This document shows, piece after piece, positions 48,577 to 58,230 of a stretch of 64,000 bases of DNA (its first letter is position 1; each line of letters begins with the position of its first letter). The stretch is from Thermodesulfobacteriota bacterium (lineage in GTDB: Bacteria; Desulfobacterota_D; UBA1144; Nemesobacterales; Mycalebacteriaceae): positions 1 through 64,000 of the forward strand of contig CBDAQI010000001.1 of the NCBI GenBank assembly GCA_965198945.1, given 5' to 3'. A model generated the notes under the pieces. The model did not search any database, was not told the origin of the DNA, and saw nothing but the letters and a program-made list of their open reading frames with translations. A program made the position numbers and the translations under genes.

Positions 48577-49971
48577 TTGACAACGCCCTCATACACAGCG
48601 GCGGATGACACCATATCCGCAATTTCCACACCGCCCGGCAAGGGTGGAATCTGCGTAATACGCATAAGCGGAAAAAAATCTCTTTCAGTAATAAGACGAC
48701 TGTTTATGTTTCACGGGAAACATCGCGATTTTGAACCGCGAATAATGTATGCCGGGAACATAATTAACCCCGAAAACAAAACCGTTCTGGACAGCGCAAT
48801 GTGCGTTTTTATGAAGGCGCCCCATTCATATACCGGAGAGGATTCCGCTGAAATTCACTGCCACGGCGGCACCGCATGCTCCGGAAAAGTGATGGAGTTG
48901 ACTCTGAAACGAGGATGCAGACCCGCAAAACCCGGAGAGTTCACCCAGAGGGCTTTTATGAACGGGAAAATGGATCTTGCACAGGCACAGGCGGTTGCAG
49001 ACATAATCAACGCGCAAAGTGAACTTGGGCTCAAACAGGCGGGACTTCAACTGTCCGGCGGACTTTCCGACAGAATAAACGAAACAAAAAAGCAGTTGGT
49101 TGAAATTTTCGCGGAAATTGAAACGCGAATAGATTTTCCGGAAGAAGAAACAGGAGACATATCAACAAGTCTAATGAGACAAACCGCTGAAAACGTCCTC
49201 AGGGAACTGAAATCGCTGCTTTCCACATATACGTCGGGAAGTCTAATACGCGAAGGAGCGGGAGTCGCAATAGTAGGAAAGCCGAATGTGGGCAAATCAA
49301 GTCTTATGAACGCGATTCTCGGCAGAGAACGCGCCATAACAAGCAAAGAACCCGGAACGACAAGAGACTATATTGAGGAACAGATATCCATAGAAGGCAT
49401 CACTGTCAGGCTTACCGATACGGCCGGAATCAGAAACGCCCGGAATGAGGCCGAAAAAGCGGGAATTAAAATGGCAAAAGACAGAGCTCTTGGAGCTGAC
49501 ATGCAAATTCTGGTAATTGATGGAAGTATTCCGCTTTCCGAAGAAGAAGTTGGGATGGTTGAAAATTCGGAGAAAAACACCATCCTCGTCATAAACAAGT
49601 CAGATTTGGCCGGAAAAAACATAAAAAGCATACAAAACAGGTTTGAGATGCGCGAAACGGCTCTCACATCGGCGAAAACAGGTGAGGGGATTCAAATTTT
49701 GAAAGGGAAAATAGGAAAAACACTTATGGAAAACACCAAACCCATGGAAACCAACGAGGCGGCTTTGACCTGCCTCCGGCACAAAGAGGCGGTTGAAAAA
49801 GCTCTCCTGGACGTAAAAGAGTTTTTAAGCCTCCTGAACGGAAAAGAGTCGCCTGAAATACTGTCAATAAAGGCCAGAGAAGCAATCGATTCACTTGGCG
49901 AGATAACGGGCGAAACCACAACCGAAGAGATACTCGGTGTCATTTTCGGAAAGTTTTGCATAGGAAAATAG
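48577..49971 (+). CDS. mnmE: tRNA modification GTPase MnmE
   Basis: DTISAISTPPGKGG, PHSYTGED, GKPNVGKSS, GTTRD, DTAG, FCIGK. Confidence 0.97.
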   Translation: MTTPSYTAADDTISAISTPPGKGGICVIRISGKKSLSVIRRLFMFHGKHRDFEPRIMYAGNIINPENKTVLDSAMCVFMKAPHSYTGEDSAEIHCHGGTACSGKVMELTLKRGCRPAKPGEFTQRAFMNGKMDLAQAQAVADIINAQSELGLKQAGLQLSGGLSDRINETKKQLVEIFAEIETRIDFPEEETGDISTSLMRQTAENVLRELKSLLSTYTSGSLIREGAGVAIVGKPNVGKSSLMNAILGRERAITSKEPGTTRDYIEEQISIEGITVRLTDTAGIRNARNEAEKAGIKMAKDRALGADMQILVIDGSIPLSEEEVGMVENSEKNTILVINKSDLAGKNIKSIQNRFEMRETALTSAKTGEGIQILKGKIGKTLMENTKPMETNEAALTCLRHKEAVEKALLDVKEFLSLLNGKESPEILSIKAREAIDSLGEITGETTTEEILGVIFGKFCIGK

Positions 49972-50047
49972 GAGAATTACAAAGGAGAGCTGACAATAAT
50001 TCCCGTAATTTTTATAAAAATTGGGTCCGCCGAAGCAAAATGTTATT

Positions 50048-50125
50048 TTATACAGGGTTCCCGATAACGGTTTCCAATTTGTCCGTTAGTTTGGCTTGGA
50101 TCGTGCCAACGGGAACCCTTTATAA
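50048..50125 (+). ncRNA. Candidate small structured RNA: three-way junction with complementary loops
   Basis: P1 50048-63/50110-25 (15/16), P2 TAACGG/CCGTTA, P3 TTGGC/GCCAA; loops contain TCCAA and TTGGA; upstream TTGGGT-17 nt-(TG)TATTTT. Confidence 0.5.
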
Positions 50126-50132
50126 GCCCCTT

Positions 50133-50148
50133 TGTTTCATGTGAAACA
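50133..50148. promoter_or_regulatory. parS centromere-like site
   Basis: TGTTTCATGTGAAACA, 15/16 match to the consensus TGTTTCACGTGAAACA. Confidence 0.85.
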
Positions 50149-50169
50149 TAACGGCCAGTGCCAAATCAT

Positions 50170-50212
50170 TTTTCCACACTTATACACAAAGATGTGGAAT
50201 ATATGTTGACAA
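50170..50212. other. DnaA-box cluster, candidate replication origin
   Basis: TTTTCCACA (50170-78) and TTATACACA (50180-88) match TTWTNCACA; weaker reverse boxes TGTGGAATA (50193-201) and TGTTGACAA (50204-12); adjacent to parS and mnmE. Confidence 0.6.
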
Positions 50213-50231
50213 CGATAGGGTCAGGTCTTGT

Positions 50232-51080
50232 TTAATACCACATAAAAGCCTGATATAAAAGATTTTTCAAACAAAGATAGGAAGTGTGAACGGATGTGGA
50301 AAAATCAAGGGTCAAGTCTTGAAATTGAATGTTTTCAACAGGAACAATTCCTGAAACAGAGTTGGTGGCAAAAACAAATTCCATCCGCGCTATTTCCCGC
50401 TCCTGAAGGGAAAGTTCCGACACCGAAAAGCCGGCTTTTGATGCAATATCTATCAAGATTTCCCTTGTTATGCCGGGAAGTATGCCGCAATCTGGAGGGG
50501 GGGTGAAAATATCCGTGCCGTGCCCGAAGAAGATATTGCGGCATGTTGTCTCCACGGGGGCGGCGTCCGCATCGGGCAAAAGAGCGTCGTCAAAACCTCT
50601 TTTTTCCGCTTCCCTCATTGATAATATATTTTCAAGATAATTAAGGGATTTTATTCCGGAGAGAGGAGAATAACGTCTTGAATATCCGTTTTGCAGAAAA
50701 ATAATTTTCAAGGGTTTGACGGAAAAATTATCAGAAAATTCAGTGACGGAAATTATAATTTGAAAAGAATCGGGTTTTGCAAAAAAGGGCGCCGGGAGAC
50801 CTCCTGAAACAAGGCATATTTTCACGACACAGTCGGGAAAGCCCGAATTTTCGGCGGATTTAATTATCTCCCCGGTTATTTCTCCGCCGTCGGAAATGGG
50901 TATTTCCAGAACGGCCGCGCCATGTAAAATTCTTTTAATATGCTTTTCCAGAAAAACGGGTCTAAATCCCCTCCATCTCATTGTTTCAAAAACCCCGTCT
51001 CCGTAGAAAAATCCTCTCGGAAAAATTCCGTTAATGTCCGCGACTTTTTTCCCGCCGATATAGATGACCTGATTTTTCAC
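50232..51080 (-). CDS. pabC: Aminotransferase class IV / 4-amino-4-deoxychorismate lyase
   Basis: RGFFYGDGVFET, IKSLNY, NIFF, GILPGITR, TNSV; downstream of pabB. Confidence 0.82.
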   Translation of the reverse strand: MKNQVIYIGGKKVADINGIFPRGFFYGDGVFETMRWRGFRPVFLEKHIKRILHGAAVLEIPISDGGEITGEIIKSAENSGFPDCVVKICLVSGGLPAPFFAKPDSFQIIISVTEFSDNFSVKPLKIIFLQNGYSRRYSPLSGIKSLNYLENILSMREAEKRGFDDALLPDADAAPVETTCRNIFFGHGTDIFTPPPDCGILPGITREILIDIASKAGFSVSELSLQEREIARMEFVFATNSVSGIVPVENIQFQDLTLDFSTSVHTSYLCLKNLLYQAFMWY

Positions 51081-51089
51081 AAAAACGAA

Positions 51090-52346
51090 TTAGTTCCCCG
51101 CCGCAATGGCATTTTTGAGAGCTTCAAGTTTGAGAGCCGTTTCCCGGAATTCTTTTTCCGGATCCGAATTCCACACTATTCCCGCTCCGCTCCAACAGAC
51201 CGCATTTTCCCGACAGATACGCAGACATCTTATTGAAACACTGAGACGGAAATTTCCGTCCGGATAAAAAATTCCCGCCGCGCCGCAATAAGGGCCTCTT
51301 GAATGAGACTCAAGCGAATCAATAATTTCAAGAGCTTTTGTTTTCGGAGCTCCGGTTACGGAGCCGGGAGGAAAAGTTTTTTCCATTATTTCACAAAGTG
51401 AAATATTTTTTCTGAGAGTTCCGCATATTTCCGATTCCATGTGAAAAAGCGTTTTATATGATTTGACATTAAATATCTTCTTTGTTTTGACGCTTGAGGG
51501 GGAACATATTCTGCTCAAATCATTTCTCATTAGATCAGTTATCATAAGAATTTCCGCCCTCTCTTTCCGATTGGCCGACAGGGATTGTTTTATACGGGAA
51601 TCCTGCAGACTATTTATTCCGCGCTTCGCCGTTCCTTTTATAGGATGTGAAACTATCTCCTTTCCGGTTTTTTCAAGAAAAAGTTCCATTGACCCGCTTA
51701 TAAACTGAAATTCTCCGAAATCCATATAGGAGGCAAACGGAACCGGTTGGGAATTAAAAAGACGCAAAAATAAATTCAGAGGCTCGTCCGGATTCGGAAT
51801 TTTCCACGCCTCGGATATGTTAACCTGGTATACGTCACCTTTTTCTATGTGTGATTTTATTTTCCTCACATTTTCCAGAAATCTTTTTTCAGATGAGCTG
51901 AAATCGGCTGCAATATCAGGAGCCGGTTTTTCAAGGCGATTGCGGTTTCTTTCTGAAAAAGTTTTTTCCGCCGGAAATTTATTTGAAAAACTCACCGATT
52001 TTTCATCGTAGAAGTGAAAATTAAGAAACGTGGGCGAAAAACCCGCTTTTTTATTTTCACATATTTTTTTTTTCAGACTCCTTCCGTCATGGGTTTTTTG
52101 CAGATATTCATATGAAAAAAATCCCACGGCAAAATATCCTTCGGAAGTTTTTTTTTCTATTTCGCGGACCGGGTCGCCGCTTATTTTACGAGTTTTTTCA
52201 CCGTCGGAAATTACCGTGCCGTAAATACCGGATGAAAGTGTGAATCGGGGTTTTGAGAAAATTATACAACCGCCGGAGCTCTTTCCAAGCCAGCCGCCCC
52301 CGGAGTCAAGAAGAAGAGCGGACGGAAATTCATCTCCCGTTGTCAT
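51090..52346 (-). CDS. pabB: Aminodeoxychorismate synthase component I
   Basis: GDVYQVN, SMELFL, PIKGT, MITDLMRND, FPPGSVTGAPK, RGPYCG, GAGIV. Confidence 0.88.
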   Translation of the reverse strand: MTTGDEFPSALLLDSGGGWLGKSSGGCIIFSKPRFTLSSGIYGTVISDGEKTRKISGDPVREIEKKTSEGYFAVGFFSYEYLQKTHDGRSLKKKICENKKAGFSPTFLNFHFYDEKSVSFSNKFPAEKTFSERNRNRLEKPAPDIAADFSSSEKRFLENVRKIKSHIEKGDVYQVNISEAWKIPNPDEPLNLFLRLFNSQPVPFASYMDFGEFQFISGSMELFLEKTGKEIVSHPIKGTAKRGINSLQDSRIKQSLSANRKERAEILMITDLMRNDLSRICSPSSVKTKKIFNVKSYKTLFHMESEICGTLRKNISLCEIMEKTFPPGSVTGAPKTKALEIIDSLESHSRGPYCGAAGIFYPDGNFRLSVSIRCLRICRENAVCWSGAGIVWNSDPEKEFRETALKLEALKNAIAAGN

Positions 52347-52360
52347 GGCCTGAAAACCGT

Positions 52361-54367
52361 CTACCGGGAATCTGTTTTATCAACCGAATCTCTGAGAATT
52401 TCCGCGACATCCTTTACCCGTATGTCATCTGATTTGCCCCTGAATTTTGCCGCATCCTCAAACATGGTATTACAAAAATAGCATGCGGTGGCAAGCGTGT
52501 CAGGCTTGAGCTGTTCGGCTTCTTCAAACCTGTTCCAGTTCACTCTCGGCGCCTCTTCCTCCATCCATATCTTTCCGCCGCCCGCGCCGCAGCAGAAACT
52601 GTTTCGCCCCGAACGTTTCATCTCAACAAGGTCTACGCCCGATATGGATTTGAGAATTTCCCTCGGTGAATCATAGATTTTGTTGTATCTGCCTATGTAG
52701 CAGGAGTCGTGGTATGTGATTTTCTCCGAAACCCCTCCGTTCGGTGTGAGTTTGCCCTGTTTTACAAGTTCCAGCAGAAAATCGGTGTGGTGAACCACTT
52801 CATACTCGCCGCCGAACTGCGGATACTCATTCTTTATCGTGTTGAAGCAGTGCGGACAGTTGGTGAGGATCTTCTTCACCTTCAAATCGTTCATTTTCTC
52901 CACATTTTGAGACGCAAGTTCCTGATAAAGAGCCTCCTCACCGAGGCGTCTGGCCGGGTCGCCGCTACAGGTCTCTGAAGGCCCCATGACGGCAAAGTCC
53001 ACTCCCGCCTTTGCAAGAAGCTCCACAACCGCCTTTGAAACCTCCTGGCCGCGCGGGTCAAAAGCGCCGAAACACCCCATCCAGTAAACCACATCAACGG
53101 GCTCCGCGTTTTCAAGATCTTTTCCGAGAACCCTCACCCCCTGGATGCCGGAGAGCCAGGAGGCTCTTTCCGAGTCATTAAATCCCCACGGGTTTCCGTG
53201 AGTCTGAAGTTTCTGCAAGGTGCGAGTCGCCGTCCCGGTCAGCTTGCCTTCAAGGGTCAGATACCTTCTCATTTCCACAATTTTGCCCATCTGGTCTATG
53301 AACAGCGGGCACTGTTCAACACAGGCGTTGCAAGTTGTGCAAGCCCAGAGCTCATCAGATGTTATCCATTCGGGCGAAGCAAGCTCCGCGCCCTCGCCCG
53401 CGGGAATTTTCCCGTCAGCGATTTCCTTGCCTTCGCTTGAAACATAGTGCCTGAGTTTGACAACAACATCGCGCGGAGAAAGCACCTTCTCGGTATTCCA
53501 TGCGGGGCAGTTGTCAGTACACCTGCCGCATTCGGTGCAGGTGTAGGAATCCATAAGGTCTTTCCAGCTGAAATCCTCTATTTTTGCCGCGCCGAAATGG
53601 TCAAGGTCTTCGGGAATATCCTCAAAATCTATCTTCGCAAGCGCGCCCCGGGGTTTCAGATTCTGAAAAAAAACATTGAGCGCGGCCGTGAAAACATGGC
53701 TGTGCTTTGAATAGGGAAGATAGTTGAGAAACCCGAGAAGTATCAGAACATGGAACCACCAGAAAAACTCGCGCCAAAAGACCTGACCCCCTTCGGACAT
53801 AGTGGCAAAAAGACCGGCAAACAGGCTTGAGACCGGGAGAAACTCTGCGGGAGCGCCGCCGAGCGCTATTTTCGCTCCGGTGTATAGAAACGCTGTCATA
53901 ACAAGGCCGAAAATAAGCCCGAGAACAACCACGGCGTCCGGGCCGTTTACTTCTCTTTTTTTGCCGAAAGTGAGTCGGTTGACAACTCCCATGCACAGCG
54001 CCAAAATAACAAGCGCCTGGGTTATGTCCAGCACATATTCGTAGTAATCATGTCCGACTCCGGGAATGAGTTTGAATTCCGTTTCGGGGAAAAAAAGACC
54101 GCCTACAAAAATTTCAAAAGTGCCTATGGAGATAATCAGAAATCCCCAGAAAATCATAAAATGCTCAATTCCCGCAAATGTGTAGTTCTGCCAAAGTCTC
54201 CGCTGTCCGAAAACATATATAAAAACACGTTTTACCCTCTCCCCGATTTGGTCAAGGCGGTTGTCCTCCTTTTTTCCCAGCCGCAGAAGGCGTATGAGGT
54301 TGTAGATGTTGTAAAAGAAAAAACCGAAAGAGGCCACTAGAAGAACAGTCATTATAAGCGGTTTCAT
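52361..54367 (-). CDS. Membrane-bound Fe-S oxidoreductase (HdrD/GlpC/FadF-like)
   Basis: N-terminal TM region, CTECGRCTDNCP and CTTCNACVEQCP ferredoxin motifs, CSG and CCG domains. Confidence 0.88.
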   Translation of the reverse strand: MKPLIMTVLLVASFGFFFYNIYNLIRLLRLGKKEDNRLDQIGERVKRVFIYVFGQRRLWQNYTFAGIEHFMIFWGFLIISIGTFEIFVGGLFFPETEFKLIPGVGHDYYEYVLDITQALVILALCMGVVNRLTFGKKREVNGPDAVVVLGLIFGLVMTAFLYTGAKIALGGAPAEFLPVSSLFAGLFATMSEGGQVFWREFFWWFHVLILLGFLNYLPYSKHSHVFTAALNVFFQNLKPRGALAKIDFEDIPEDLDHFGAAKIEDFSWKDLMDSYTCTECGRCTDNCPAWNTEKVLSPRDVVVKLRHYVSSEGKEIADGKIPAGEGAELASPEWITSDELWACTTCNACVEQCPLFIDQMGKIVEMRRYLTLEGKLTGTATRTLQKLQTHGNPWGFNDSERASWLSGIQGVRVLGKDLENAEPVDVVYWMGCFGAFDPRGQEVSKAVVELLAKAGVDFAVMGPSETCSGDPARRLGEEALYQELASQNVEKMNDLKVKKILTNCPHCFNTIKNEYPQFGGEYEVVHHTDFLLELVKQGKLTPNGGVSEKITYHDSCYIGRYNKIYDSPREILKSISGVDLVEMKRSGRNSFCCGAGGGKIWMEEEAPRVNWNRFEEAEQLKPDTLATACYFCNTMFEDAAKFRGKSDDIRVKDVAEILRDSVDKTDSR

Positions 54368-54522
54368 ATTTTCCTCCGGTGTTTATCGTATAAGGAGAAG
54401 AACTCCGTAACATTATACTAAATAGGCGCGGGGAAAGGTCAAGAATACAAAATGCAGTGTCTTTTCATCAGAATTAAAACAAGATGGCCGCTAAAACCCG
54501 AAACAATAAGGCCGAGGAAGTG

Positions 54523-56073
54523 TTAAACTCCGTCCCGGACACGTTCTTCTTTTCGGGTTCTGCGGAGCTTGAGGCGGTTAAGAGCATTTACAAACGCCTT
54601 CGCACTTGCGACTATTATGTCCGTGTCTGAGCCCCTGCCGCGTGAAAAAACTCCGGCTTTCTCATCCGTTATACGGACTGTAACCTCGCCCTGGGCGTCA
54701 GTGCCCCCGGTTATGGAGGAGATTCTGTATGTTTCAAGCCTCGGATACTCTCCGGTCGCCTTTTTAATCGCCTTGTAAGCCGCATCCACCGGACCGCCGC
54801 CCCGTTCGGAAGCGGAAATTTTCTTCCCGCCGGCAAGAAGGCGCACAGTCGCCCCCGGAACCACACACGAACCGCCCGTGAACTCTACATCAAGAAGTTC
54901 GTAGTAGTCGGATGAACCCATAAACTCTTCGCTTATAAGAGCCTCTATATCTTCGTCAAAAACATACTTTTTTTTGTCGGCGAGGTCTTTGAATTTTTTG
55001 AATGCCTCCTCAAACTGAGACTCGTCAAGATCATATCCGAACTCGTTGAGCCGGTCCCTGAACGCATGTCTGCCCGAATGCTTGCCGAGAACTATGGAGT
55101 TTGATGATATGCCCACATCTTCGGGCTTCATAATCTCATATGTAATTCTGTCATTCAAAACGCCCGCCTGATGTATTCCCGCCTCATGAGCAAAAGCGTT
55201 TGCGCCCACAACGGCTTTGTTCGGCTGAACGGCGACTCCCGTGGTCTGAGACACAACCCTGCTTGTGGAATATATCTGCTCAGTGCAAATCCCGGTTTTC
55301 CAGGGATTTTTGTCTCCCCTGACCCTTATCGCCATAACTATCTCTTCAAGAGAAGCGTTTCCGGCTCTCTCCCCGAGGCCGTTTATCGTGCATTCCACCT
55401 GACGCGCTCCGTTTGCAATCGCGGCGAGGGAATTGGCAACGGCAAGTCCCAGATCGTTATGGCAGTGAACGCTCAAAATAATTCCGTCCAGACCGTCAAC
55501 CCTTTGCCTCAGGGTTCTGATAATCTCTGAAAATTCTTCCGGAACCGTATAGCCGACCGTATCGGGAATGTTGATTGTTGAGGCGCCGGACTCTATTGCG
55601 AGAGAGACAACCCGGCAGAGATAGTCAATATCGGTGCGGGTGGCGTCTTCACAGGAAAACTCAACATTTGAAGTGAATCTGCTCGCATACTCAACAGACT
55701 CCGAGGCAATCCGCGCGACCTCTTCGCGCGATTTTCCCAGTTTGTGTTTAAGATGGATGTCCGAGGTTGCGATGAAGGTGTGTATGCGGGGATTTTCCGC
55801 GTTTTTTACGGCTTCCCATCCGCGGTCTATGTCATGTTTTGAAGCCCTGCAGAGAGCGGCAATCTCACAGCCTCTGATTTTTTCCGCTATTTCCCGCACC
55901 GAGATAAAATCCTCCCCGGAAGAAACCGGGAAACCCGCTTCTATGACATCAACCCCCAGGCGTTCAAGCTGATAGGCCACCCGCAGTTTCTGCGAAGCGG
56001 TCATTCCGCATCCGGGAGCCTGTTCTCCGTCTCTGAGTGTCGTGTCAAATATTTTCACATAGTCGGGCCGCAT
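54523..56073 (-). CDS. leuA: 2-isopropylmalate synthase
   Basis: FDTTLRDGEQ, HCHNDLG, GERAGN, HEAGIHQ, C-terminal regulatory domain GPVDA. Confidence 0.96.
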   Translation of the reverse strand: MRPDYVKIFDTTLRDGEQAPGCGMTASQKLRVAYQLERLGVDVIEAGFPVSSGEDFISVREIAEKIRGCEIAALCRASKHDIDRGWEAVKNAENPRIHTFIATSDIHLKHKLGKSREEVARIASESVEYASRFTSNVEFSCEDATRTDIDYLCRVVSLAIESGASTINIPDTVGYTVPEEFSEIIRTLRQRVDGLDGIILSVHCHNDLGLAVANSLAAIANGARQVECTINGLGERAGNASLEEIVMAIRVRGDKNPWKTGICTEQIYSTSRVVSQTTGVAVQPNKAVVGANAFAHEAGIHQAGVLNDRITYEIMKPEDVGISSNSIVLGKHSGRHAFRDRLNEFGYDLDESQFEEAFKKFKDLADKKKYVFDEDIEALISEEFMGSSDYYELLDVEFTGGSCVVPGATVRLLAGGKKISASERGGGPVDAAYKAIKKATGEYPRLETYRISSITGGTDAQGEVTVRITDEKAGVFSRGRGSDTDIIVASAKAFVNALNRLKLRRTRKEERVRDGV

Positions 56074-56095
56074 TTTGACTTTACACCGCGCCGAT

Positions 56096-56169
56096 TGGCT
56101 GGGGGACTGGGATTCGAACCCAGACTAACGGTTCCAGAGACCGCGGTACTGCCGTTATACTATCCCCCA
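56096..56169 (-). tRNA. tRNA-Gln (anticodon CTG), CCA encoded
   Basis: TGGGGGATAGTATAACGGCAGTACCGCGGTCTCTGGAACCGTTAGTCTGGGTTCGAATCCCAGTCCCCCAGCCA; cloverleaf with GTTCGAATC T-loop. Confidence 0.96.
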
Positions 56170-56256
56170 TTCGGCGGGGTTAATACTACATAAACCGCCG
56201 GCAATTTGAACAGTCTCACGGCAGGAAGTAAACTCCGGTGCTGAAACACCCGGAAA

Positions 56257-58230
56257 ATGCAAATGATTAAAACCGTTTTCTCCACAGCCGTTGCGACTCT
56301 CATTTTATGCGCCGTCCACACTGCCGCCTGCAAAGCGCAAAACACCGGAGACGGAAATTCTCTGAAAAAACTCAAGCTCGCCCGCAAAGAGACCTTACGC
56401 TCGGAAAACCCCGAAAAGGCTCTCTCTCTTCTCTACAATACGGAAAATGAGGTTCCCGAACTCAAAGAGTACGTTTTTTTCATCAGAGGCGAAGCGCTTG
56501 AAAAACTGTCAAACCCTCTTGCGGCTGACATGTACCGGATTGCGTCGGATTCGGAAGCGCTGAGAACCAAAGCGCTTGAAAAACAGGCGGAGTCTCTTGA
56601 AAAAAACGGGCTGTGGACTGAGGCGGGAAAGACATACAAAACCCTGCTTGATTATAAGGACGCCAAGCGCAAAAGCTTCTATTTGAAAAAAATGGCTGAA
56701 ATATCAGAGAAAAGAGGCAATACCGCAAAAGCGGCGGAGATTTGGGAATCACTCTGGGAAAATTATCCGGCAAGCGATTTTTCGGAAGAAGCGCCGGGAA
56801 AAATTACCGCGCTCACGGGAAAATTCTCCCCTTCGGAAAAGGTGCGGCGGCAAAGAGCGGAAAGGCTGTTTTCACTGGGAAAATGCGTAAGCGCACTCGC
56901 CGCATATAAAACACTGCCCGTAACTCCGCAAAGCAACATTGAACGGGCCGTATGTATGCGCAGAACGGGGAGAAAAAACCGTGAGACGCTCGAAAGGGCC
57001 CTGCTTTTACTGCAAAACTCACGGTCGGCCGAAGGGATATATGTAAAAGGAACCTTGCTTGAGTCAATGGCGAAAATTTCCGGTGACAAAAAAGAAAAAT
57101 CGGATCTGTTTCTGAAAGCCAGACGCGTTTTCAAGTCGGTTAACACATCTTTTCCGGGTTCTGAATGGGCTGGCAAGGCTCTTCTGAAAGAGCAGAAAAT
57201 CGCACTGAAGCTCGGCAAAACCGACAGGGCTGAGAGAGTATATACTCTGATAAAAAAATCCCACCCCGGAAAAAGAGCTGATACGGCTTGGAATCTGGGC
57301 TGGTTTTACTACAAAAATGGCGAATATGAAAAAGCGGGGCGGATATTTTCCGAAAACAGCAGACCTGTGAATTCAATGCTCGCCGGACAGTTCCCATACT
57401 GGAGAGCGAAAATTTTTGAAAAAGCCGGCAAAAACGGGGAGTCAACAAAACTGTTTCAAGAAACCGCCGAGCGAAAAAACTTCAGTTACTACTCCTTTCT
57501 CGCATCTGAAAAAACCGGTCATAAGAGAAGTTTCTCAAAGTCCGCAAAAACAAAACGGAACCCGGAGGAGAGCCCCGCAATAGCAAGGGCGCGGCTTTTG
57601 CTTGATGCGAGTTTTGACTCATGGGCGGAAAAGGAAGCCGAAATTGCGTCCAAATCACATCCGGTTGCGGCATGTGAAATACTCACCGCCACAAAAAACT
57701 TTCATTCATGCATAAAAATTGCCGGAAACTATCCTCCGCCCGAAGAAGCGCGTTTTGCATTTCCACAAGGATTTGAGAAACAAATCGGGGCGTCCTGTGC
57801 CGCAAACGGGCTGGATGAAAATCTTGTTTATTCTCTCATACGGGAGGAAAGCAGGTTCAAAACAGACGCCGTCTCGCCCGCGCCCGCTTTTGGTCTCATG
57901 CAACTCATCCTGCCGACCGCAAAAGAAGTCGCGGGGAAAACCGGTGAGAAAGAAATAACACGGAAGAAACTTTTTCTGCCGGAAGTAAACATCAAACTCG
58001 GCTGCCATTATCTGGCCTCAATGCTGAAAAGATTCAAAAACAACCCCGTGCTGGCGCTTTCGGCCTACAACGCGGGCCCGTCAAGAGCGAAAAGGTGGTC
58101 GGGAGAATTCAAAAACCTTGAGCGGGACGAATTCACCGAAGAAATTCCGTTCAGGGAAACCAGAAACTACGTCAGACGCATATTCAGAAGCTACGGAGCG
58201 TATAGGGCCGTCTACGGCTCCGACGGTTGA
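56257..58230 (+). CDS. slt: Soluble lytic transglycosylase (Slt70-like, TPR-like helical N-terminal region)
   Basis: IREESRF, AFGLMQL, AYNAGP, IPFRETRNYV. Confidence 0.88.
   Translation: MQMIKTVFSTAVATLILCAVHTAACKAQNTGDGNSLKKLKLARKETLRSENPEKALSLLYNTENEVPELKEYVFFIRGEALEKLSNPLAADMYRIASDSEALRTKALEKQAESLEKNGLWTEAGKTYKTLLDYKDAKRKSFYLKKMAEISEKRGNTAKAAEIWESLWENYPASDFSEEAPGKITALTGKFSPSEKVRRQRAERLFSLGKCVSALAAYKTLPVTPQSNIERAVCMRRTGRKNRETLERALLLLQNSRSAEGIYVKGTLLESMAKISGDKKEKSDLFLKARRVFKSVNTSFPGSEWAGKALLKEQKIALKLGKTDRAERVYTLIKKSHPGKRADTAWNLGWFYYKNGEYEKAGRIFSENSRPVNSMLAGQFPYWRAKIFEKAGKNGESTKLFQETAERKNFSYYSFLASEKTGHKRSFSKSAKTKRNPEESPAIARARLLLDASFDSWAEKEAEIASKSHPVAACEILTATKNFHSCIKIAGNYPPPEEARFAFPQGFEKQIGASCAANGLDENLVYSLIREESRFKTDAVSPAPAFGLMQLILPTAKEVAGKTGEKEITRKKLFLPEVNIKLGCHYLASMLKRFKNNPVLALSAYNAGPSRAKRWSGEFKNLERDEFTEEIPFRETRNYVRRIFRSYGAYRAVYGSDG

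Noticed and set aside
50048..50125. Purine riboswitch or true tRNA
   Set aside because: Junctions are too short for the purine-binding core, there is no downstream gene in a leader position, and there is no TTCGA loop, anticodon arm or CCA.
56096..56169. tRNA-Gln as an island integration site
   Set aside because: Flanked closely by leuA and slt; no duplicated tRNA 3' end seen in the window.
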